Shown piece by piece: positions 13,380 to 26,176 of a stretch of 64,000 nt of DNA (position 1 is its first letter; each line of letters starts with the position of its first letter). The DNA lies in assembly GCA_973895155.1 (NCBI GenBank), contig OZ316891.1, positions 7,309,808 to 7,373,807 of the forward strand. The letters are read 5' to 3'. A program made the translations under genes and the position numbers. A model generated the notes under the pieces. It made no database searches and was not told where the DNA came from. It saw nothing but the letters and a program-made list of their open reading frames with translations. Origin of the DNA: Marsupella aquatica (taxonomy: Eukaryota; Plantae; Marchantiophyta).

Positions 13380-14038
13380 TGCTATATGGTGGATCACATT
13401 TCCATGTTTTGTCTTATTCAGATTTTGTGTCCAGTATTTTTATTTTAATGTGCCTTAACAAGGTAAATCATTTGTATTAAGTTGATTTTGAATTAACTTT
13501 TGGACCCCTTTAAATTTTAGTGAACATAGAGTATTTTGAATGGATTTGGCTCCCCTCATAAATGTGTAATCTTTCATATTGAATCACTCCTTAGTGAACT
13601 CTCATATTTTTTTATATTTTCTTTTTCTCTCTGGTTTTTTTAATGAGAGTGAGAGAAATGAATTTAAACAATGTGCACATCTGGAGTACTAAGTTCCACT
13701 TGTGATTATCTTTTACAAAATTTATGGTTTTAATTGATTTGACTGTCATTACCTAGAAGCAAGTGAAAATATGTGCTTAGTATTTTTGTACTTTCTTGGT
13801 CAAAATATGGTTTTCTTTGCATGTGTACTTATGGTTTTGCGTGTTATGTCATTCACTCTTAATTAACAGATATTAATTTCTTGATATATACTTTACATGT
13901 ACTTACTTCTTTTATTATAAACTAAATAAAATCAATTATATAAAAAAAGAACTAAATATTTTGTTATAATTATAAAAAAACTAATTGTTAATAATTATAA
14001 CAAAAAAAGAGGCATGTTCGAGGATGAACCTGCTATAT
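13380..14038 (+). mobile_element. Dispersed non-coding repeat family A, copy 1 (TGCTATAT at both ends, 3' hairpin)
   Basis: Collinear with 22831-23345 and 39927-40492; ends in GCATGTTCGAGGATGAACCTGCTATAT. Confidence 0.75.
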
Positions 14039-14229
14039 CACTAATAAATTTGGTTGGGAGGCAGGAGGTGGGTTTTAATTTAGCATTTGTTTTGAAGTAA
14101 TCAGTAAATGCCCCTATTTTAGTGCATTTTGTGTAAAATTTTGAAAAGCATAAACTAATTATAAAATTCATATAGATTTTCTTTATAACTTATAGTTTGA
14201 AATTCTTATAATTGCTTATAACTTTATTT

Positions 14230-14537
14230 ACCAAGGTGCTCCCTTTTTTCTTCCGACCCATCATGCACAAATAAGTAAGGTTGTTTATGGGATTTAGTGG
14301 AATGCTTAGAAATTTTGTGAAAGAACATTAAGGGATTTTCAATCAAATTTTACCATTTTAAGAAAAATACATTTTAAGAAAAATAGGGCCTTAACAACTA
14401 ATTTTGAGAGTACTCCTTGATATTCCATAAAGATGGGGTTAAAAAACTAGTTTAAGAACACTTTTCCCTTATTTGTATGTTTATAATCTAAAAATATTGT
14501 GAGTGATATGTGACCCCCTTTCCAGTGAGGCCCACAG
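14230..14537 (-). mobile_element. Decayed end of the P-like/MITE family
   Basis: Homologous to 26980-27264. The reverse complement starts CTGTGGGCCTCACT...ATATCAC and contains TTAACCCC...TTTATGGAATA, as in the 26412 and 59826 termini. Confidence 0.55.
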
Positions 14538-16254
14538 TATATTTAATATTCCTTGATGTCCTTGTGAGAAAATACACGAAAGCAAAAGTGTGTCTAGTTA
14601 GTTGCTACCACTAGACCGCAAGGTGTATCTGGCTAGACTACAAGGTGTATCTGGCAGGCTACAAAGGAAAAAGTGCATCACCCTCTGGTACACGTTTGCA
14701 CTTAGCATACCAAATTTTGATGTGAAAAATACATTTGAGAGGTCTCAAAATCACAGGTTTCTTTATTACGCTTTTATATATTGGAACTGTCAAAGTATAA
14801 AACGCGCCAAAAGGAGAGATCACCCAAATAAGGAGACAGCATCCCAAGGCAGGAAACTCAATAAAGCGAGACAACAAGGGGAAAAAAACTTGCTAGGTTC
14901 GGTCCATGTATGCTGTTGCTTTTGGTTGCTCTCTCAGGTCTCTTTTGCATACATATGTAGTTTTTATTGGGGTTCCTCCTTCCCTTTATTCTCAGCTTCC
15001 TGCCCTTCCTTTTCTCTGGGTGTGCTCCTTCTTCTAGCCCCCTTAATTGCATTAGTTTTCTTAAGTGTCTCCTCCTCCCAGACGGGAGTGTATTTTCGAT
15101 CAGGCTCCCCCTGGAATAAAGTTTCTTGGGCTCTTGTGGGGCAAAGCACATTTACTTTTATTGTAGGCTTAGTTTTTGTATAATCTGTAAACAATTAAGC
15201 AAATGCAGAGTGGTGCCAAGCATAAAAGTCATCTAGTCCAGAACATAGATCTTTCAAAGGACCTCAAAAGGCATGCTCTCAAGGATCCGCAAGGAGCAGG
15301 TAGACAATGGGCAGCTGAGACTCTAATTTCGTCAACTTTCATAAAATGTTGACAACCCGCTGACCACTGGACGCAAACATATCACTTGTCTTACTATGTA
15401 ATTACAGCATTCCCACCTGCATTTGCCACTACCCACCATTTAAAGGTCTAGGGAAGTGTGTGTGGGTCAAGTCCTGCCTCAAAGAGCAACCTCACTGGTC
15501 TGCTCATTTGAACACAATAGGGTGTCTCAAAGCTGGGTCATTAATGAAAGTTATGAAAGTTATGGATTTATGATATATTCCATAACTCAAGTTATGATGC
15601 CCAGTTATATAATTTTAAAAATGGGGGGAGGTAACATTGGTCTGCCCCATAAGGCATGAGTTACGGTGTCACCTGTCTCATACATATATTATTTTTTCCT
15701 TAATTCTTGATCAGCCACCGCCTCAAATGCAGCAGCAACCACCATGTCAAAAGCAATTCCCACGTGTCTTCAGTCACAGCTTTCCAAAATCCTGGAGTCC
15801 TGGATTTCTGGATTTCCGCCTAAAGTTGCAGGAAAATTACGAGTTAAGTGTTGAGTCTGCGGGCTTTCCTTACGGTAGCCAAAAATCGGCTCCCATAACC
15901 TTTATGGGAGTTCCCATAATACTTGAGTTATAGGAGGGGCCTTAACAACCAACAACAAGACCTGAGTTATAGGTGGGCCTTATCTTGTAACCAGGCAGGA
16001 TGGAGGTCAGTCATGGCCCATTTTGGAGTATAGCAGGGTTGCCATGTTGGGGATGGTGGGAGGCCATTTTTGGCTGTTGCGAGCGAACCGCCTTGCCGCT
16101 CTGTTTGGCACACTGGTGGGAGTGCTCTAAGTTGATAAGACTACCATCTTCCCCCACAACCGGGCTTCCTGGAAGTTGGCAAGACTATCGTCTTCCCTCA
16201 AAAAGGGCAGTTCCATTTGAATATAACCCACAATGCATTATATTCAAATTGGGG

Positions 16255-16550
16255 CGACAAAGTTTTCCAAAAAGACCTCATGACAAAGTTTTCCAAAAAG
16301 ACCATATGACAAAGTTTACCCGCAAAGAAATCCTGGAATGTGTTTTAATTGAATTCTATCACTCAATGTTGTGTTTTAATTGAATTCTATCACTCAATAT
16401 TGTTCCATCCAAGGAAAAAAGTAGAATCTCTTTCCAGTGAAAAGTGGTACTCAAATCAAAGGCCGTAGAGAACTTGAACAGGCAACAATGTCACATCAAT
16501 TAGGACGTAGAGAACTTGAACAGGCAACAATGTCACATCAATTAGGAGCG
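16255..16550. repeat. Cluster of short tandem duplications (~26, ~30 and 42 bp units)
   Basis: ACAAAGTTTTCCAAAAAGACC twice; TGTGTTTTAATTGAATTCTATCACTCAAT twice; CGTAGAGAACTTGAACAGGCAACAATGTCACATCAATTAGGA twice (16464, 16506). Confidence 0.9.
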
Positions 16551-16633
16551 GATAGCCCACCTCTTACATAGAAAACCGTAATCAAAGAGATTGCAATGTG
16601 CAACTGGCATCAATGTGCAGTAAGGAAGGGATA

Positions 16634-17016
16634 TGAGCTATTCTGTAATCAGAAGAGCACAACTGAATTGACATGCTTTCCCATTGGAGTACATGCTCTA
16701 CTTCGTTTTATGAGCTACTCTGTAATCAGAAGAGCACAAGTGAATCGACATGCTTTCCAATTCAAATGCTTGCTGTACTTGGTTTTATGAGCTACTCTCT
16801 AATCAGAAGAGCACAAGTGAGTTGAGATGCTTTCCAATTGAATTGCTTGCTCGACGTGGTTTCATGAGCTACTCTGTAAACAGAAGAGCACAAGTGAATG
16901 GACATGCGTTCCAATTGAAATGCTCTCTCCACTTGGTTTTATGAGCTACTCTGTAATCAGTAGAGCACAAGTGAACTGACATGCTTTCCAATTGAAATGC
17001 TTGCTCCACTTGGTTT
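16634..17016. repeat. 77-bp tandem repeat, five copies
   Basis: TGAGCTA(C/T)TCT...AGAGCACAA starts at 16634, 16711, 16788, 16865 and 16942 (exact 77-bp period). Confidence 0.95.
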
Positions 17017-18149
17017 GCCCATAGAGCGGAGTCAAGCTGCGCGATCCACCATTGAGAAAGCGTACTCAAGTTTCAAAGCAATCGGACTACAATTGACAAG
17101 TCCTGCACGCTGAAACTCCTCGGACTACCCCAGAGCAACATGCAGGTGTCCCAAGACACAAAACGAATTAGTCTCTCTCAACTCACGTGGATCAATCGGC
17201 AGCACAAGACGAGAAAGTAAAATGACGGACTGATGTCAGAAGTACGAAAGCCCTTCCTACCAATTCAAGCCTCTAACAAGAATGCTCGATTCTCGCAATT
17301 TCTTCTAGGAATCTGATTCTTAGAAGCAAACATGAGACGCCAAGGCTCGAGAATGAACGCTGACGACAACCCGACATCATTCAGCCAAGCTACTCAAAAT
17401 TGGAGCTTACTGTCGGGCATGCGAACAATTGGGAGAATCGCACGCTATCCCAAGATACAAGGAAAACCCGCTAACATTCACCAAAACTGGTACAGACTGA
17501 AGTCCACCAACGATATGCGAAGAATTGTGAAAAAAGTTCAAACTCGATCCCAAAACTCAAAGAACACTGGAAATAGCTCCGCCCGCATGTACTGGTACTG
17601 CAAAAATTGACTCAAGAAGTTGATGATAGATATCAGAATTGTACACGAAATTGAATTGGATGATGGTATTGTACAAGACAGTCATGTTCGATGACGTCGT
17701 ACCAGCAGCATTCTGGGCTGCAGGTAGGCTAAAGTAATTTGACTATATGTCAAAAAGAATCGTGGGGGATTTGATTGCCCAGAAAAATGTTGTGCCACCC
17801 TAGTTTAGTGCGTTGCGACCCCGTTGGGGGGGCAAAACCGTTCCTTGAGAGAGAGGGTGGCAGAGTGGTGTCAGTGGCTCGACAACCTAAAAATCTGTCT
17901 GTCTGCCAATCTAATTTGTGGCTAATGCTGTTCTGTTCTACTACTGTACAAGTGTTTTAAACATCTCGGATTTGGTGACGAAAATGGTCGTCTGTAGTGA
18001 ACCTATGGTACAAGGATATCCGCAGAATTTCCCTTTGGACGGGGGCCTGACATTAGTCAGGCCAGCTGCGTAAACAATTCTAATTTTGAGTAAGCTATCG
18101 ACCGAAACTGTTGTGGAGTCAGAGAGAGCCAAATCTGTTGAAAAGAAAC

Positions 18150-20150
18150 TCATCGTTGCTTCGCGAGCTCTGTGGCGCTGACAAATGTGCCATGCAGTCC
18201 GTAGGGTACTCTTGACGGCAGCTTGACAACCGCAATGAGGTCGAGCGATGATGTGCGCGCATCAAGCACCAAGAGTTCGGATTGCTGCGTGTTCTCATTG
18301 TGCCGGAATGTTAGAATGTAACCGTCGTCCTCCGCTGCGTCCGGGTCAGTAGTGCGAGCAACGAAGACAGGCTCGCCTCCATAGCAGCCTTCGTCGTAGA
18401 GAATTCTCCCCACCAGCGCTCCGCCTGGAGCATCTTTGGCCTCCATGTCCACCTTCGCAATGCCGGAAATCTTGGGCCACGGCTCGGCAATTGCCATGTA
18501 CAAGTACCGGCTCTTTTTCCCAACATAGTGGCGGTTCAGCTGCGCAGCCTCGAGGTTGAGGTTCGCGAGTACGCGCTGAGAGGATTGCCCGGTCTTCAAA
18601 TTTAACCGAATTTCGGTGAGAAGACTCTGGAAGGAGGATGCATCGTCCGTATTATCGTTGAAGATGGAGTCAGCTGGAGTCATCCGCGACCCCAGCACGA
18701 CCACCTCATCGCCTTCTTCCCAGGAATTCCACAAATGGAAGCAGAAGCAGTTGGGCACGTCAATCCACTGAATGCACGACTCATCCGAATCGAACTTGGG
18801 AAGAACGCCGAACCGAGAGATTTTCGTGGAGTCGTGGACAACCGGGGAGCCACCGGTGAGCATTTCCTTCATCCTAAACACCACTTGCTGATCAGGAATC
18901 ACGACGTAGTTCTCTGTGATGGCGAAGTCGTGCATCATGGTAGCATCAGGCAGTGTGATGGAGACCTCAGAGGTCTTCACTCCTTCACGGGAAATCCTAA
19001 AGTACTGGAGATATGGAGGCTTGATCACGTCGTAGCTGAGGGCGAAGAGCTCTCCAGTTTCAGGGTCAATTTTCGGGTGCGCAATCATGGATTTGGAGTA
19101 CTGACCGTCAAAGTCAAACCTGCCCATGGTTTCCAAATCCCCGTCCTTCCGAATGTTCACCAGGTACGGCTGGTCGTCTTCGGACATTGCCAGCAAGCGC
19201 CCGTTGTGGTACACGAGGCCCGCATTTGCCACTCCCATCCCCTGATTAGGATCCACCAATCCGGCCAAGCACCGAGAAACGTAGAGGATGAGACGGGCAA
19301 CTCCCGAGTGGCCGTGCAGCTCGCCGATTGCTTTGGGAAAGAACGCTCGGCCTTCTTTCTTCTCCTCCTTGTACCGGTAGGTTTCTGTGAACCGACAGCA
19401 ATAGCTCGCAACTCCATCTTGGAAGCGAACAGCGTGAATCATGCCATCGCCATCGAAAAAATGGTGCCCGGCCAAGGGCTCGAACTGCGGGTTTGCACCG
19501 TTCCGTAAATAGATGCCTTCCAAGGTTTCCGGCAGCTTGCCAACTACCTCGAGTCCATGCTGAACAGGGCTCTCTTGAACAGGGCAGAAATTGCCAGCCA
19601 ATTGGATGCGAGGGTCTGCAGTGGAAGGGAGGGGAACTTGCTCCTCGATGTGCGGGATGACAGACCGCTCGATTAGGTTCAAGGCGGAGGCAGCAAGCCG
19701 CTGTAGGGCATTTCTGCCGTTGCTATTGTCGTTGCCCGGCGGCTTCGAATTGGCTGTGTTGACTGTGTTGCAGCTATCGAGGCCCAAAGTCTCCAAAGGC
19801 TGTGAGAGTTGATTGATATTGGGGATCACAATGTCGGTGGATGACATCTGATGATACTGATGATGATGAGGAGCCTTCATCTTTGGTGGCTGCTCGTAGG
19901 AGGCTGGCATTGGACTTCTTCCATGAGCCTTAGTGCTACTCGTGGAGAGCCGACTGCGAATCTTCTTGCAGTTCAATGAATTGGAGGTAGAGGAGGGAAA
20001 ACAGACTAACTGCCTACTACCACGGTGACTGCTGCTGCCCAAAATTGTAGAATGGGAAATTGTGCTAGGTTTGGAAAATGTGGTCTTGGCTTTGTCTGAA
20101 ATGCTGACGAACCTGCTGCAGCTCTCAACACCCGACATTGTGATCATCAT
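18150..20150 (-). CDS. NCED: 9-cis-epoxycarotenoid dioxygenase, chloroplastic (ABA biosynthesis), intronless, 666 aa
   Basis: Ser-rich N-terminal transit-peptide-like region. NCED motifs [53 protein letters not shown] and MSEDD are present, as are the four Fe-binding His in MIAHPK, MMHDF, FCFHLWN and YGLHGTF. Confidence 0.96.
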   Translation of the reverse strand: MMITMSGVESCSRFVSISDKAKTTFSKPSTISHSTILGSSSHRGSRQLVCFPSSTSNSLNCKKIRSRLSTSSTKAHGRSPMPASYEQPPKMKAPHHHQYHQMSSTDIVIPNINQLSQPLETLGLDSCNTVNTANSKPPGNDNSNGRNALQRLAASALNLIERSVIPHIEEQVPLPSTADPRIQLAGNFCPVQESPVQHGLEVVGKLPETLEGIYLRNGANPQFEPLAGHHFFDGDGMIHAVRFQDGVASYCCRFTETYRYKEEKKEGRAFFPKAIGELHGHSGVARLILYVSRCLAGLVDPNQGMGVANAGLVYHNGRLLAMSEDDQPYLVNIRKDGDLETMGRFDFDGQYSKSMIAHPKIDPETGELFALSYDVIKPPYLQYFRISREGVKTSEVSITLPDATMMHDFAITENYVVIPDQQVVFRMKEMLTGGSPVVHDSTKISRFGVLPKFDSDESCIQWIDVPNCFCFHLWNSWEEGDEVVVLGSRMTPADSIFNDNTDDASSFQSLLTEIRLNLKTGQSSQRVLANLNLEAAQLNRHYVGKKSRYLYMAIAEPWPKISGIAKVDMEAKDAPGGALVGRILYDEGCYGGEPVFVARTTDPDAAEDDGYILTFRHNENTQQSELLVLDARTSSLDLIAVVKLPSRVPYGLHGTFVSATELAKQR

Positions 20151-22830
20151 TCTTCTATGATTGAACTTCGCTGTCTTACGGAATTGCTTACGCAGTCAGC
20201 CCCGGCCAATGAAAACCTCCGGGGAAGTAATTTACTGTTATAGAAATCGGCTCTGCAGTTTTTTATGAAAGCGGATAGCAATATAATCTTGCCCCTCTTC
20301 AGAAGCCTCCGTCATAGTCACCGGGCTGCTGCTTCCTTCCGTTCCGACGCAAGTGGTGATGTCGTAGCAGTGATTCGTGATTGCGGAGAGAGCCTGAGGT
20401 ATCGCGGACCTTCTGAACGAACTTCTACTTCGTTCAGAAGACATGCAGAGACGATCTTCGTTCTCACCGTCCTAGAGAACTGACGTGAACCTCCAACACA
20501 ACACTTTCGCAGCAAAGGACGATGCGCGCGAACGGAAGGAAATTTGAAGAGTGAATGTTTTCCTGAACTCCGAATCAAAGTCACACCTTTGTACCGACGA
20601 CCCGACCGACCAGGCTCCAAAGCGAGAGTGAAATGAGTGAATGTCTGGAAATGAATATGTCCCAGAGCGCTTTTCGAAGCAGAATTTAAGGAGACCAAAG
20701 CAGCGACAGACGCCGGGCTTCTGCCCGGAGATGATGGATGCATTCGATGCTCGGCTGCCCTGCCTACTTGGAAGCAAGGCAACACCATGAAAAGAAAAGA
20801 AAAAGGCACGGAAAACTGTCGGGTGCTCTAGGAGTTGGATCAATTGCTGTCGACCATCTGTAGCACCTTCCACCCCGCAGATCACACGCGGCCTGCATCC
20901 GTCAACGCGGGCCCCGCCACAATCCGATTCTGCAAGTCTACGTAACTCTACAGTGATTGCATTGTGCAGGTCTACGTGCTCAGGATTGCTTGCGTTGTAA
21001 TCTACTGTAGTTTCGCCCGCCCACACCACTCGTGCTCATCAGTACAGACATAGTAGTATAGTACTCTCTCTCTCGCCCGCTCGGGTCTCTCTCGACAAAT
21101 CGAAGAAGCCGAAAACTGCTTTCCATCAATAACAAAAGTGGCAAAACCGCTTTTCAGCGATGAAAAATTGGCGAAATTGTCTGCGCTTTTCCCCTCGCCG
21201 TATCTCGCCGTGCGCTAGCAAACAGAAGAGCCTCACCCAAAGGGGACACTCATCATCTCCGCAGCGGGCCCGCATCTCGATACCTCAATCCCCAGGCATT
21301 GTATACTGTACAGCCTCATCCGTAGGGGGGCAGCTACGTTCACCAGCTCGGCTGTAAGTGCGGCACATATTTCGGTGTAAAAGATTTCGGTAATTCGATG
21401 ATCGAAGCGGAACGGTTGTGCTCATCCGATCGTCATTCTTTGGTGCTGCTGCGATGTGTAAGTTCGCATGTCGAGGATCCAAAGGTTCGAGGCATACTCG
21501 GACCGGCAAAAGATTTAATAAGGGCCAGTCATGAGTCAGTTCTGGACTTCTGGATTCCGCATCAAAGAGAACCACACTTTCGTCGTTCAGAACACCAGAC
21601 CAGAAACGTCGCGAAAAGGCCGAAAAGCAAAGCCGAGGTGTACTCTGTATTTTGGCATAATTATTATTTGCCGCTTTCGCCGTTCGGGACACCGGACAGG
21701 AAACGCCGCGAAATTTTAGCCGAGGTAGATTCCGTATTAAGTAGGAACGAATCAACGAATCGTTGTGTTATTTTCGGAAACAATGCTTGTATGGACCACT
21801 CCTACAAACCTTGAAACGTGGATGTATCGGATTAAGAGTGGGGGGTTAAGGGGCCTTTACGAGAACTCGCTGGACATTTCTTCTGTGTATGAGATGCAAT
21901 CCTAACCATTGAAATGTGGGATGTAGCGAGGCTTCACTTTATATGAACTGGGGGGGGCACAATCTGACAAAACCCCTATCAGCCAGTCACGTGAAAGTGG
22001 GGCCGTGTGGGTCCCTTTGTTGCTGATGTGGCCATCGGAACTTAGACCACCTCGTGAGCTCCAGTTCTATTCGGGGTCTTGCATTTATGTTCTTCAAAAC
22101 CCCACATTTTGGCTCAGGTATATTATTAACTTTAATGGACCTTAACCTTTTTGCAAAGGATGAACAGTCACATTTGTGTGATAGTTCTTGTAAAGCCCCC
22201 TGATTTATAAAAGGAAAAGTAAGATCTCAGAACAAAAACTGTATTTGTTAAACATTTACTGTAGGTACGTAGAGGCTTCAGTTCAGTCATTTCAGGAATG
22301 TTTTTAGTACTGTAGTTCTGTATAACCACTCCCTCCTTTTGGGGGGGGCCAGGGTGGGCAAGTCGGGCACAAGAACCCACACTCCTGTTACGGGGCCTGT
22401 GACCAATGTGTTGGATAAAGTCTAGGAGTGCTTTCTTTTGGACGGCTCCCAAAGAGTTTTAACTTAGGGCCAACGGTGTGTAACTGCATAGCATGGATAA
22501 CTGTATGCCATCGGCTTTAGGGATATGCTTGATGAACCCCCCTTCCAGAAAAAGTTTACTTGATCATCAAGGAAACTTTGATTACCTAGTCTACCCCCTC
22601 TTTAATGAGCCCTACACTCAGTTCAAATCTGTGCAATTTGTTACCATGCTTTACCATGTCATTGCACATAGTTGCCTTCTGTTATGACCACGTGGGGCGT
22701 ATTTAGTGGGACCATCACCAAAGTAAAAGTTATCCATGCCATTCAGGCAGGGGTAAATGGCCGACACTACAGGTTTGGGATGACAATGTGGAGATTGTCT
22801 TCAAGTCACACTTAGTCAAATTTTTGAAGC

Positions 22831-23345
22831 TGCTATATGGAGAATGCACATTATAGATTTGTATTATTCAGATTTTTGTGTCATATATTTTCATTTCAAT
22901 CTGCCTTATCAAGGGGCAGCCTTTGTATTCTATACATTTTTAATTAATTTTTAGACCCCTTTAGTTTTAGGTATTCTAGAGTGTTTTGAACTTATTTTGG
23001 CAGCCCCCCTTTCACAATATGTGTTTCTTAGAGATTAAACCAAAGGCTCCACCACCATGAGTGAGAGAAATGATGTTGAAGAACATGAATGCATAGCCTC
23101 TTAAGTTCTCCTCATGTTTTTCTTTCCTAGGTTTATGGTTTTTATTGAAATGAGTGTGATTCATAAGGCACCCTGAGTTAAGTGCACACATCGTAGCATG
23201 TTGACTGTACCTTTTCTTGGTCACTGTGCTTTCCTTGGCAGACACTTTACTTATATAACAGCACTTCTATGCTCTCATATTTTATTTACTTTCACATCAC
23301 TACAAGACAAAAAATAAAGCATGTTCCAGGATGAGTATGCTATAT
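22831..23345 (+). mobile_element. Dispersed repeat family A, copy 2
   Basis: Starts TGCTATATGG and ends GCATGTTCCAGGATGAGTATGCTATAT; internal blocks match copy 1. Confidence 0.75.
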
Positions 23346-24610
23346 CTTCAAGTCACACTTAGCAATTGTTTTAGTGAGAGTAGGTTTTTCTCATTCATGT
23401 AGTTCAGGTAGCTAGGGATAAATGGCATGCACTCCTGGTTTTTTATGACAATGTGGAGATTGTATTCAGATCACACTAACCATTTTGTTTGAGTGATAGT
23501 AAGCTTTGCTCACCATAGCTGTGCGGGCAGGGTAAATGCGGGGGTAAATGGAAGACACTGGTGGTTTTGGAAGACAATGTGGAGATTGTCTTCAGGTCAC
23601 ACAACTTTTTTTTTAGTGAAAGTATGTTTTTCTCATTCATGCCGTTCAGGTAGCTAGGGGTAAATGGCCTGCACTCCTGGTTTTTTTATGACAATGTGGA
23701 GATTGTATTCAGATCACACTAAGCATTTTGTTTGAGTGATAGTAAGCTTTGCTCACCATAGCTGTGTGGGCAGGGTAAATGCGGGGGTAAATGGAAGACA
23801 CTGGTGGTTTGGAAGACAATGTGGAGATTGTCTTCTGGTCACACAACATTTTTTTTAGTGAAAGTACGTTTTTCTCATTCATGCCGTTCAGGTAGCTAGG
23901 GGTAAATGGCCTGCACTCCTGGTTTTTTATGACAATGTGGAGATTGTATTCAGATCACACTAAGCATTTTGTTTGAGTGATAGTAAGCTTTGCTCACCAT
24001 AGCTGTGTGGGCAGGGTAAATGTGGGGTAAATGGAAGACACTGGTGGTTTTGGAAGACAATGTGGAGATTGTCTTCAGGTCACACAACATTTTTTTTAGT
24101 GAAAGTACATTTTTCTCATTCATGCCGTTCAGGTAGCTAGGGGTAAATGGCCTGCACTCCTGGTTTTTTATGACAATGTGGAGATTGTATTCAGATCACA
24201 CTTAGCATTTTGTTTGAGTGATAGTAAGCTTTGCTCACCATAGCTGTGTGGGCAGGGTAAATGCGGGGGTAAATGGAAGACACTGGTGGTTTTGGAAGAC
24301 AATGTGGAGATTGTCTTCAGGTCACACAACATTTTTTTTAGTGAAAGTACGTTTTTCTCATTCATGCCGTTCAGGTAGCTAGGGGTAAATGGCCTGCACT
24401 CCTGGTTTTTTATGACAATGTGGAGATTGTATTCAGATCACACTAAGCATTTTGTTTGAGTGATAGTAAGCTTTGCTCACCCTAGCTGTGCAGGCAGGGT
24501 AAATGCGGGGGTACATGGAAGACACTGGTGGTTTTGGAAGACAATGTGGGGATTGTCTTCAGGTCACACAACAGTTTTCTTTATTGAAAGTAGATTTTGC
24601 TCAACCATGC
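23346..24610. repeat. Tandem array with ~241-bp higher-order unit (two diverged ~120-bp monomers), about five copies
   Basis: GACAATGTGGAGATTGTATTCAGATCACAC at ~23447, 23690, 23931, 24172 and 24413 alternates with GACAATGTGGAGATTGTCTTCAGGTCACAC at ~23574, 23815, 24056, 24298 and 24540. An isolated monomer lies at ~22782. Confidence 0.95.
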
Positions 24611-26176
24611 CATTGGGAGGGGGTTAGATAGCACAATGTACATGAGAACGGCCCACAAGTTTTCAAAATTTAGTAAAACAAGATTGTTGAAGTGGCAATG
24701 TCATTGCATACTTCAATATCTGCAATAATTCAGGTATATTTGCAATTGCTACCTGTTGTCCTAACTTGTGTCACTCTTTCAGGTACATGGTTATTGCGAC
24801 AAAAAACTTCATCTGTTGGGTGGTTGCCATCCCCGTTGCCATCATGATCAAGGATGTCAACCTCATCAATAACCCCTCTAGGTTAACGACGGAGACCGGA
24901 ATCATCAGCTGACATTGTGTCTTGACCTCACTTTGCACATCAATATAGGCAGTACTCTCAAATGCAGTACTATCAAATGCAACAAAATGCACAACACCAT
25001 GCGGATCTGTGTGGAATGCAAGCCTCATGAAACACCATGGAACTAGTAAAACCTTGAGTCTTGAAAAGACCTAATGGAGAAGAATGTCAAATGCAATTTA
25101 CAAAATAGAGGGCATTGTTTGGATGATGCAAAATGAGCAGCCCGTCCCAACTTTGACAATGACCCCTGCAGGCCCTGAAATTTGACCGGACACATCACTC
25201 TGAAACTGAGCAGGGTTTGTGATTTAAAGGCCTCTAGTCACTATCTGCCAACTTTGGTCCTAGTATCCCATAATCTCAATTTAGAAGAGCCCCTACAGGA
25301 ACATCTTATACGGCTCATTAAGAAGGGGTTGATTGGGTAAAAAATGTTTTGTGGGGACTGATCAAGGAAATGTTTTTGGGAAGAGGGTCCACCAAGCACC
25401 CATCCACTTCTTCTAAAAACTTTGCAATGTTTTCAGATGTATAATTGCAGTGAGCAATGCCATTTTTCTAAGAACATGAAGGACATCACTAAAACACACA
25501 TACTCAATCTCAAACCCTGTGTTCAGGACCTGTATATACCTGCAAGTGCACGATGTGTACAACAAGAATTCATTGATAAGAGCATGTGCCAATTATATAG
25601 CATAATATCATGCACATATCCAGTTTGCTTCATGTGGTGCAAGAACTAGGGGTAGGAGGAACCCTTGTGTCCAATGTGTGAAGAAAACCTGACAGCATAA
25701 TCACATTTTGGAGAATACCACTTTACACTACTTTGAAACTCCACTTAGATGGGATCATACAACTAGCTTGTCTAACATGCACTTTGGAAAAGTGCATAAG
25801 TAGGGCCTCAACAAGGTACCCACGGCGGGAGGGGGCCTGAATGGCACCTCCCACCGGGCATTCCCTGTGTGAATTATGGGCAAATAAAGCTACTTTGGTT
25901 CCTTGCCAAAATGTGCCATTCAGTATCAAGACAGTGTGGGAATGCCTTAACTTGGGGTCATTTTGCTATCATATAATCGAACTCTCCTAGCTCATCCTGG
26001 GCCTCTTCCTACCATCTTAGGGAGGTCCTCACTAAGGTTCTCAGGGTATGGGGGGGGGGTAAGTGAACAACACTTCTTGCCAGCCATTCCCTACACACCA
26101 CATGGGCAAATAAGATACCCGACACTAAAGTGTAAGCTAAAAAGTGGCTACCAACCCAATTCACTGCCCACCAAAT

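Noticed and set aside
16634-17016. 77-bp array as a CRISPR
   Set aside because: Whole units are homologous with no unique spacers, no cas genes are present, and the context is eukaryotic.
18735-19508. 257-aa plus-strand ORF
   Set aside because: It is an antisense shadow of NCED with no recognisable motifs.
20150-22700. G-box/ABRE-like CACGTG sites and short upstream ORFs 5' of NCED
   Set aside because: Hexamers are expected by chance and the transcription start cannot be placed from sequence alone.
23346-24610. Regularly spaced GACAATGTGGAGATTGT repeat as a CRISPR
   Set aside because: The intervening sequences themselves repeat in alternation, so it is a dimeric satellite.
25600-25685. RING-finger-like remnant (SCTYPVC..C...PLCPMC)
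   Set aside because: It is short and interrupted by stops, too weak to call.
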